Source of the DNA: the human T2T-CHM13v2.0 reference genome, Homo sapiens
Assembly (NCBI RefSeq): GCF_009914755.1
Contig: NC_060935.1
Length of the DNA stretch: 64,000 nt
Reading direction: 5' to 3' (one strand)
Within the stretch, counting starts at the first letter, position 1; every line of letters begins with the position of its first letter. Made by a program: the position numbers and the translations under genes. The notes under the pieces were generated by a model, which worked only from the letters and a program-made list of their open reading frames with translations, was not told where the DNA came from and ran no database searches. Positions 53,577 to 64,000 of the stretch are shown here, one piece after another.

Positions 53577-53871
53577 TCTTTTTTTTTTTTTCAGAGTCTC
53601 TCTCTGTCACCTAGGCTGGAGTGCAGTGGCGTGATCTTGTCTCACTGCAGCCACCACCTCCTGGGCTCAAATAATCCTCCCCTCTCAGCCTCCCGAGTAG
53701 CTGGGACTACAGGTTCCTGCCACCATGTCCAGCTAATTTTTGTATTTTTTTTTATAGAGATGGGGTTTTGCATGTTGCCCAGGCTAGTCTCAAATTTCTG
53801 GGCTCAAGTGATTTGCCCACCTTGGCCTCCCAAAGTGCTGGGATTACGGGCATGAACCACTGTGCCTGGCT
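53577..53871 (-). mobile_element. AluJ
   Basis: Full dimer with J diagnostics (ctgggctcaa, gttgcccagg). Confidence 0.94.
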
Positions 53872-54102
53872 CCTCTCTCTTTCTTTTTAATGTCTCCTAG
53901 TTATTATCAATAAGAATTGGAAAAAATCCAATTTTCCTTGTATAGCCTTTCACAGTGTAGATATACTTTTTCTCATCAGAGTTGCAGAGTGAAAAGTTCA
54001 AAGCAAATATGTCAGCCAAAGCTCACTTTCTGTTCTAGCTCTGCCTAGAGCAGGCTGCCTGACCCTGGACAAGTTACTTCTCCTGAGCCTTGGTTTTCTC
54101 AT

Positions 54103-54279
54103 CTTTTATTTTTATTTTTATTTATTTTTTAGAGATAGGGTCTCACTTTTTCACCCAGGCTAAAGTGCAGCAGTGGGATCATAGCTCACTGCAGCGTCGA
54201 ACTCTTGGGCTCAAGCGATCCTCCTACTTCAGCATCCTGAGTCCCTGGGATTACAGGTGCGAGCCACCACTCCTAGTTC
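54103..54279 (-). mobile_element. FAM/FRAM-like Alu monomer inserted in a MIR
   Basis: Single long monomer; TSD ggttttctcatcttt on both sides; MIR continues to ~54410. Confidence 0.85.
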
Positions 54280-55080
54280 AGGTTTTCTCATCTTTAGGAA
54301 GGGAGTGGTCATTCCCACCTGCAGGGGTGGCTGTGAGGGCTGGAAATATGGTGAGTAAAGTGACTAGTACAGTGCTGGCCACGTGGTAGGCACTCAAGAA
54401 ACAGCACCTACTTTTGTTAGGTTTTCTGAGCTTGTGATTGTCTCAGAATGAGTGCTATGACTGGTGGAGAAATGCATTTGACAGAAGACACACCACTGTC
54501 TACAACAGGGGAGAGAGTGGAGGTCAGTGGGCAAGGAAGGGAAGGGAAAGGGCTGCAAGTGTTTCCGCCACTAGAAGGAAATTGGGTTGGAAAACAAACA
54601 CCTGCCCTTTTTAGTTGGACTCTACATGGCCCTTAAGAACCAGAACCTACAGACCTGGTGCGCTAAGCAGAGTAAGAAAGAGGCATCTAATGGTGTACGC
54701 ACCAAAAATCCAGACTGCCCTGCATAACCAGGACCTCCTGGGAACGTCTGGGAAAATCAGACAGTGAGGCTCCATCTTGCTTTTGTCTTCTCTTCCTCAT
54801 TCCTCGGGCTTGTATATAACTCCCTCTGTGGGCAGAGGAAGGCCCCTGATAGAGGGATGCAGGCAGACATTGCACTCAGTGAGCCTGAGAAGATGGGGAT
54901 AGAGAGGGCTGCGTGGGGTTGGTGGGAGGAGGAACCAGGACCCTCCACCCAGTGGTTATTTTGGAGCTAGAAGTGCTGTGACCACTTCCGTCCAGGTCTG
55001 GCTTGTGTCCTGACTGGGAGACCAGGCTGCTGGAGTCTGCATCTCATTTTCTTTCTGATTTGCCTCTGGTGTTGTTCTGC

Positions 55081-55462
55081 TGTGTGTTGGTTTTCGAGGG
55101 CTGCCATAACAAAGGGCCACATCCTGGATGGCGGTTTGTTTTTCTCACTGCTCTGGAGGCTAGAACTCCAAGATCAAGGTGTTGTGAGGATTGTTTCTTC
55201 TGATGCCTCTCTCCTTGGCTTGTAGATGACCACACCCTCCCTGAGTCTTCACATGGTCTTTTCTCCATGCATTCTTCTCTGTGTCCTAATCTCCTCCTTT
55301 TATAAATGCCCATCATAATGGATTAGGGCCCACTCTAATGACCTCGTGTCACCTTTATTACCTCTGTAAAGACCCTGTCTCCAAATACAGTCAAATACTG
55401 AGGTACGAGGTGTTAGGCCTTCAACATATGAATTTTGCGGGGATGCAATTTCGTTCATAACA
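55081..55462 (-). mobile_element. MaLR solo LTR, MLT1B-like
   Basis: agggctgccataacaaa...ggattagggcccactctaatgacctc...aagaccctgtctccaaatacagtca...ttcaacatatgaatttt. Confidence 0.9.
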
Positions 55463-56027
55463 GACAGCTGGGCAAGTTGCATCTTTGGTCGTCTTCCCTC
55501 AAGAGAGGAAAAGTGGCTTGGTTGGCCTACTGAGCCTCTTTCCTTGGAGAGGAGTTGAATCAGGAGGCTGAAACAGCGCAAATCCCTCTCTAAACCCTCT
55601 TGGCTTTACCCAGAGCCAATGGGTAATCCACTGCCTGCTCTGGGGTTCCTGGATGCTTCCTCTTGCCTCCTCAAGCCTGCTTTTCAGATCTGGGATCTGC
55701 TTTGTTTCTGGTGGAGAAATAGGTGTCTACTCTGAAATTACCTCTCCTCGGGACTGTTCAAATGTATTTGTCTTGTCTTTTGCAGACATTCCTTTAACAG
55801 AAAAGAGCTCTCAGCCCCGAAAGATCCCATGCAGAGGGCTCACCTACTGCAGGATAGGAGAGCCAAGGAAGTTGCCACTCTTTTTCCATTCACCCCTTCC
55901 TTCCTCTGCAGGGGAAGGCAGGAGACCACACCTGTGTTTGTGATATCACAGACACGCTGAGATCCACAAATGTGTCATTAGCCCACCAGGTTGGCACAGA
56001 ACGGCTGCATCTGAAGGTGATTTAACA

Positions 56028-56200
56028 CAGGTAGAACCCTACTTACAGATGGGCAGGTTTCCAAAGATTTGCTTGTAGCTTAGTTATTATGAATCAGGAG
56101 TGTTTTCCTCTCATAGAAAAAGTGTTAAATGCAGGGGGAGGTTTTCAGGGAACTCCTCAAAAATCTATTTAACTCACACATAATTAAAATACGAAATACG
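56028..56200. mobile_element. Old Tigger-like DNA transposon end (Tigger16-like)
   Basis: caggtagaaccctacttacagatggg...tctcatagaaaaagtgttaaatg...aaaatctatttaactc resembles a remembered consensus. Confidence 0.5.
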
Positions 56201-56420
56201 ATCATTTCTGTCCCCAACACCCAAATTTCATATATGCCATTGTTCCAGAGGGAAAATATATTGTGAGTTCCAACTGTATCTATCAGGACTAGTGCTTCTC
56301 GCTCATCAGTGTAGCTCACCTGACAGTAGCTTCATGGAAAGGTGTTTCTGGGAGGGAAAGAAGGATGATATTGGGCCAGATCCTTGTGGACACCAGTAAA
56401 ACAATATGTAAAGGGTGTAA

Positions 56421-56763
<343 letters not shown>

Positions 56764-57737
56764 AAAATATTCACATTTTTAAAAGCGGGACCATATAGTT
56801 GATTATATTTAGGTCTCATGGTAATAAGAATACCATGAGATCCTTAAGGAGATACCATAATGCAAGGATACCATAATGCAAGGATAAGCATTATGATCTT
56901 CATTCTAGAGAAATGGAGAGTGAGGCTCAGAGATGTCAAGAGACATTTCAGGCTTACACAGCAGAGACAGTTGCTGCTCTCAGAATGCAATGCATCTCGC
57001 ATCTGCATCTGACCTCTTGGTCAACCTCTCTTCAGCTTGGCTGTGGTAGGGAATACAATTTCTGGGTGTTAATGTGTCCGGCAATCCCGGCTAGTCTGTC
57101 TGGCAGGAGGCAGAAGCCCATTCTTCTCTAGGAATGACTATGACCTTGGGAAGGGCTAGGACAGGGCAATTCATGCTGCTGCCGTGTGAGGGCTGGGCAG
57201 AGGTTTGGAGATGATGGCAGCCTGTGCAGACTGCAGAATTTTTAGGATAAATGGTGATTTTCCTTCTTGGTGATTTCCCAAGGCCACTGAGGCCTGACAA
57301 TTCTGGCAGGGAAACCAAATTTAAATGAGTCCCTTTTCATGTCTGCCTGAGGGGTAGACATTAGTCAGAGAGCTAACAACCTTCCCTGACTGTTTCCTGT
57401 GTTCTGAACATGGTATATGGGGGTTGTGAAGAAACACAGTCATTGTTCCAAAGATATTTTATACCTGGACAAAATAAAACAATCAAAGAACCAAATACAC
57501 ACAGGAAATGTAGAACAAGTTAGGGTAGATTCCTCCACCCTGTGAAGTGAACTGCAGAGGGCACCTGTGGGCATCATCAGTTAGGGGCGGGCTCACTCAG
57601 AAAAGGCTTCTGACTCGGCTCTGAAAAGTGCTATAGAATGTAAGAATTGGAAAGGTGTTTCGATTTTTAGTTCAACCCCTGTATTTTCTTTCAGATCAGA
57701 AAACTGAGGCTCAGGGAAGTTAGTGACTGGCCTATGG

Positions 57738-58362
<625 letters not shown>

Positions 58363-59519
58363 TGGCCTAAGGTTTTAAGCTAGTGAATGAGAAAGAGAGG
58401 ATGAGAATTCAGGTTTCCTCGCTCTCTGTCTAATTGCTCATAATTACATTGGAAGGGGATGGGGAAAAGAACAAATTGAAAAAGATGTCAGAGGAAGGGA
58501 GTGGAGAGAGTGGATTTTATAGACAGGAGCCCATGTGGAGGAGAGGCAAGAAATTGGGTAAATAAGGGTGTGGGAACCAGGTGGCCAGAGGCCTTGAAGG
58601 TTGAGTCGATAAAATTTTTGTGTTTTTCCTGATTGGCAATAAGGGACAGAGGGATAGATAGACACCCATGCTAACTCCCAGGGGCATCTTCTGCTGACAT
58701 TGTTTGTATAATAAAAACGGTTATTCTGCAAATAGCCCATTTTAAATCAGATGCCCAGACTTTTGGCTTGTTGAATTCACCCAGTATGGTAATCTGGGCC
58801 AGAAATTTTGACTTCTTTGCTCTACACTGAAATATAATGTATAAAATCCCAGACCTTGTGGACTCTTCCAGTCAAGCCTCTTGTTTCTTAGTCTGACCAG
58901 TGATAAGGACCTTTGCTGCACCGAATTGAATTCCCATTGGCCAGATCTCAGGCCTGCCTTCCCTTTCCCCACATATCTTGAGTAGGACCCCATAGGGCTC
59001 CTTAAAGAAGCAGCCTTGTGTGTGGATGCTGGATAGGGACAGAAAGGAAGTGAGAGGGCAAGGAGCCTGCTGGGGAGGCCATGAGGATACACGGCTTGCA
59101 GCTGATTCTCTGCTTGCTGCCATTGGTTTGTTGGTATTGCAGAAACATGGCTCCAGCACCAGGGGAGAATGTAAGGGTCAAGAACTGCAAATTGTAAACC
59201 ACAGTGAAGTGAGATGAATCAATCTGCAGTGACCTAAGAGACAGGAGAAAAGCCTGCTAACAGGAGGCTTAGAAAAGGCTCCTGGATGTGCCTGGCTGCA
59301 GGAGACCATGGCCAGCCCAGCTCTGTCCCCTTAGACAACCAGGCTTGGTCAGGTTTGATCACAGGGTTGTCAGGGAGCAGACCAGGCCAACTGGGACCAG
59401 ATAGTATCTTCCCTGCAGTGCCTTAAGAGGTCAGGGTTGAAGATGGTTCTTTGGAGCAAGCCAGCTTTTCTATTGTGGTCACAGACCCTGGAGAGGAAAG
59501 CAACACTTTTGTTTACATG

Positions 59520-60150
59520 GTTGTCATTCTTTTCTGATTTGTAGTACGTATTTGTTAAAGAAAATATAGAAAACCTACAGGAGAAAGGAGGATATTATCC
59601 ACAATCATACCACCAAAGGTAATCACTGTTAATATTTTAGGGAATTTCCTTCCAATCTTTTTTTTTCTTTTTTATCTTAAAATAAAATTCAAGTCATATT
59701 ATATTTGCATTTTTATAGTTTCTTTTTTCATTTAATATTATATGATGAGCCTATTCCTGTCCCTTTCGTATTATTCTACAATATCTTTTTTTAATAGTTT
59801 CACAGTATTCAATTTTGTGGATTTATATACATTTAGTTAATCTTTATAACTGGATATTTAGATTTCCTGCAAATTTGCACCATTGTAAACATTACTGCAA
59901 TGAACATCTTTGTATTACAATAATCTTTGACCACAATTTCTGATTGTTTCCTTAGGAGACACTTTCCTAGAAGTGGAATCACTGTTTCGAAGGCTCTTGT
60001 TATATGCTGGTTAATTGTCCCCCTCAACTCCCCCCACCTGAAGTGTCACATCAATTTACAATCTCATTAATCAGTGGCTATGACAGTGCCATCTCACTGC
60101 ACCTTTGCCAGCACTGTGAATTATTATATTCTTTTAAGTGGAAGGTTGCC
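59520..60150 (-). mobile_element. Old L1M(E) fragment
   Basis: taatcactgttaatattttag; taaacattactgcaatgaacatctttgta; ttcctagaagtggaatcactg. Confidence 0.7.
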
Positions 60151-60809
60151 TTTTCAGAGTCATGCTCAGCTGACTGATAGCATAAGCTTTGAACATAGCA
60201 GCTAATTTCTTTGTGTTTATTAGCAGAGCTTAGCAGATCTACATGTGGGAGTGCTAGAAAACTTGGGGAGGAAAGAAGGCTGTATCTAATCCACAGGCAG
60301 CCATGTGTACAGAGAGGGAGAGAGGAGACCTGTGTATGAGGTGGTACTTGATTCATCCTTCTCCAAAACTCAAAGTGTATGAAGCTGCCAGGCAAAACCC
60401 CTCCTCCAAAAGCTCTTGCCCAGAAATGCTTCCTGGCTGATCAGGAAATGAGAGAACAAAGCAAGCCTACACAAAGACGGGCTTAGTAGTCTGGAAGGCC
60501 AGTGATGTGCAAAGTCCCTGATGCTAAGCAGAAATGAAAACGCTAATGGTGAGACACCCAAAGAAAATGTATTCCATATGCACAGGCCGGCCGGCTGCAA
60601 AGGAATACAAATGCAGTTAGGGATTAGCCGGCAGGAGCAAGAGCAGCCCGGATAACTTGGGAATTGCTTTCCAGCTTGCTTAGGCCAGTTGTAGCTAAAG
60701 GTACTTGGGGCGCTGAATTTGACCTTTTTTTCTGACTCTGGCATCAGAGAAACTTATCAGTATTGCAGCCCATTTTAAATAATCACAAAGCCCCAATTTA
60801 TTGGACAAG

Positions 60810-61010
60810 CCCTGTAGAGTTTTGGGTGCCTACTCTGCACCCAGCACCCATGCTAGTGCTTTTATGCAACATATATACACCCCAGAAAAATTCGGCGAAG
60901 TGGTAGTCATTATCCCCATTTCTTAGATGAGAAAATTGATGCACAGTGAGATTAAGTAACTTGCACAATTCATCAAAATGATGGAGACTGGATCTCAAAT
61001 CAGACCTGTC
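60810..61010 (-). mobile_element. MIR
   Basis: attatccccatttcttagatgagaaaattgatgcacagtgagattaagtaacttgcac. Confidence 0.8.
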
Positions 61011-62019
61011 TGGCCTCACTCTCTGTGTTCTTTCCCCCACCATGCCTTTGTAGGGCCTGATTTTGAGCTGCTGTATTATAAGTGCTCCCCAGCCCTTCTG
61101 AGTCTGCCTGCCCTGGCTGATACAAGGCAACAGGCTTCTTATTCTGTCCTTCACATTCTGCTGTGCAAGTGGAGACGTAGCAGAGATAAGAATGAGGCCT
61201 CCTTAGGGTGGAAAGTGGCCAACAGGTCTTGACATGTACTTCTTTGTGGCTAGTGAGCCAAGTCCTTGAGGGCAAGACATTCTGAGAGTGCCCTGGTCAT
61301 GGTCGGGGGAGTGGTGATCTAACCTATGTTTTCCCTGCTATGGAAGCGGCAGGCACAGAATTCCTGGAAGATAGGCCCTCAAAGAAATGGCTCCAGTGTC
61401 CATGCAGATGGTTGCAACTTTTTGGTCATCAGACTCTAGGCCATGGCTGGAAGAAATGCTTTTCCTATCTCTGACTTCTCTTGAGACCTCTGTCTTGTCT
61501 TGCAAGAGAATTTCATGGGAGAATTTCATGGATGTCAGGAAGTAGAAGGGATGTAGAAGGAAAGAGGAAGTATGACTCCTAAGGAATCTCCAGGACACCT
61601 AGGAAATTGGCTAGTGCCCAGACAACCCCTAACTTCCCTTCTCATTAGGGCCTCCTCAAACTGCCCCAAATTTTCCCACTGCAACACACATTGTGCTGAC
61701 CAAGGAGAATCTTAGTGCTGACTTGCTGTTTTGCTGGAAAAGCACTGGACAGACAAGAATAGGACTTTTTTTTCTATTAAAAAAAAAAAAAGACAAAAAC
61801 CAAAGCACAAAGCTTTTAAGTTAAGTGCTGGGGATTTGATGGCTCAGAGCAAAATGGGGAATGGCTATTGTCTAACTGAGAAAACCCAGGGTTCTCTAGC
61901 CTGGGGTGGGATCAGTCCGTGGGTAGAAGGTGACCCATCCATGGTTTTGCTCAAATCCGGATACAGTCTCTGTACCCAGATTCTGAGGCTCCAGGATGTG
62001 GCACACCTAGAGGATACTA

Positions 62020-62250
62020 ATGTTAGTACCATTTACTGAGTCCTGTGTGTGAGCCACAGGTGTTACGTGCTAGGTATGTCATCCTATTTAATTCTCTGGA
62101 CATTGCCCTGGGGCATCATGCCCATTTTGCAGGAGGGGACATCGATGTTTAGAGAGGTGTGGTATTTGCTCACGATCACATATGTGGTCGGGGCAGAGAT
62201 GGGATTCAAACCTGGAAACCCACAACCAGAGTCCATGCTCACAACACGAT
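62020..62250 (-). mobile_element. MIR
   Basis: ccatttactgag...cccattttgcaggagggg...gagatgggattcaaacctgg. Confidence 0.75.
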
Positions 62251-63024
62251 CCTCTATGATTCTGCTTTCCAGGGACCAAGGGTTAATTAAAAAATATTAC
62301 ATATTTTTTCCTTGGTCCTTGAGTATTGCAAATAAATACCCATGATAAGGCCTTTGGGAGAAGTTTCCAAGTCAATTCAATACAATTAAAAAGGATCAAT
62401 AGGACCCAACCCATCCGTTGGGTTTCTAGTGTGTCCTTGAGTGGGACAGGTAGTCAAAAGCATGGCACTGCTGTGTCTGCTCTCCATCCCTGCCGAAACC
62501 ACTCTTTGTTCTTGATGAATAAACAGCCTCGAAAGGGGTTACTCCAAATGGGTACGGTGTCCTCCCTCCCTAACCCCATGGCCTAACTGTGAGTATGTTT
62601 CAGAGGAAAATCCTTGTTTGGCTGAAGTAGGAGGAATCATAAAAACACAATGGGCTTTAGAAATGTAAATATCTGCACAGTGAGATGGATGAGGATGATG
62701 GATAGATGCCAGAGGAAGCCTGAATGTGAGAATCTGGCAGACAGAGATGGATGTGAGGAAACACAGGGAGTGAGAGGAAAGCAAAAGGCAAGAAGCCACA
62801 TGCATGGGTGGAGATGGCAGCTCAGGAGTGGCCGGAGCCTGTAAAGCCGCAGGGGCTGGGCTCAGCGAACGCAAAGGGAAGGGAGAGGCAAGGCCGACAA
62901 GATTCTGTGGCAGGGATAAAGGGAGTGTGGCCCCTTGGGCGAGATGCACCCAACACAGACAGAAGCTTGCGAGCATGCCCAAGGCTTCCCAGAGAGGAGT
63001 AGGTGGGACTCATATTAGATATAG

Positions 63025-63212
63025 AGTGGCAATTCTCACAGTGTAGCTTCTAGACCGGCAGGATCAGCACAACCTGAGAACTCATTAGAAATGCACATTT
63101 TCAGGCCCCGCCCCAGATCTGGTGAATCAGAAACTCTGGGGCCCGGTCCGACATTCTGCGTTTTGGCAAGCCCTTCAGTTGACTTTGATGCGTGCTAAAG
63201 TTTGAGAGCATC
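63025..63212 (+). mobile_element. MER5A (hAT-Charlie MITE)
   Basis: atcagcacaacctgagaactcattagaaatgcacattttcaggccccgccccagatctggtgaatcagaaactctggg...tgatgcgtgctaaagtttgagagca. Confidence 0.92.
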
Positions 63213-64000
63213 CCGTATGGAGGAATGGGGAGAATGAAGAGGGCGAGATCAAGGAGGTGTAGAAGTCTAGAGTTTAGGGTATGTGTCTGACGGAAAAAAG
63301 GCAAAGAGCCATTTCATTCTAGTCAAAAAAGTGGGCAATACATGGGAAATGCGGAGGGCCCCCAGAGGAGGGCTAGATAATGTGAGGAGCTACGCTTGAT
63401 CATTGCTGAGACAAGATGGGATGTGCAGGAAGAGAGAACAGACTAGCAGAAGGTTCGTGAGCCAACCTGGGGACAACACAGCCTAGTGAAGGGCACGTGA
63501 TTGTGATGGTGTCGGAGTGCTAACAGGCCTCCCCCAACAGTGCACCTCAGGTTTCCATCGACCTGTAGAAGAGCACTGGTGTGTTCAAGAGACCCTAAAG
63601 AGGGGTGCTGCAGAGAATTGAGGTTCCCATGGACTTGGAGGAGTAGCCTCTGCTCCCAATTCCTTGTCGTCCTGGCAGAAATTCAACCAAGGGCTAACAT
63701 GCCCAGAGAGCCTTTTGTTTGAATGTTGCCTTTTTCCCCTTCCCTCACAGAAGCTCTGAGCTCCCTCCCCTAGGTGACAAGCACTTACAAGGCAGGGTCT
63801 GGGTCACCACTGTACAGAGTGTGCAGGCTGTGCCCCATGCACAGGGCGATGTGCCATTAGGCACTGAGTTCAGGGTTCATGTTGTGTTGACAAGAGCGGG
63901 AGAAGAAGCCTGCTCAGGGGAGGTGGGTGGGCCACACGACCTCAGCCTTCCAGCTCTCTGTTTCTACAAAACCAGTTGATGAATGTCTCTCCCATCTTCA

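Noticed and set aside
57551-57591. CTCF-like actgcagagggcac plus a GC box
   Set aside because: Mismatches in the 5' core; a single motif match is insufficient without ChIP data

Overview
This is primate genomic DNA, most likely human, judged from AluJ/S/Y, THE1, MST/MLT1, L1PA-L1M, L2, MIR, L3/CR1 and MER-type DNA transposons. I found no credible protein-coding exon, RNA gene or CRISPR-like array. The listed ORFs are Alu, L1 or microsatellite translations, or chance ORFs. The window looks like intergenic or deep-intronic DNA, roughly half old transposon debris, and I cannot assign the locus. The unique part contains several CpG-enriched or homeobox/SOX/TCF-motif-dense blocks that may be enhancers, many of them in or next to a ~15 kb Alu-free stretch (30.1-45.3 kb). 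The most unusual structures seen directly are: (1) a locally triplicated ~150-220 bp unit at 15.7, 16.6 and 18.1 kb, one copy of which is part of a complex templated insertion inside an L1; (2) a ~170 bp fold-back element resembling MER135 at 40.6 kb; (3) two neighbouring trimeric Alus and a FLAM+FRAM pseudo-dimer with separate TSDs; (4) CpG retention inside ancient L2/MER5A remnants. I do not see a convincing new biological system. Repeat subfamily names come from remembered consensus sequences, and boundaries of old elements are approximate.
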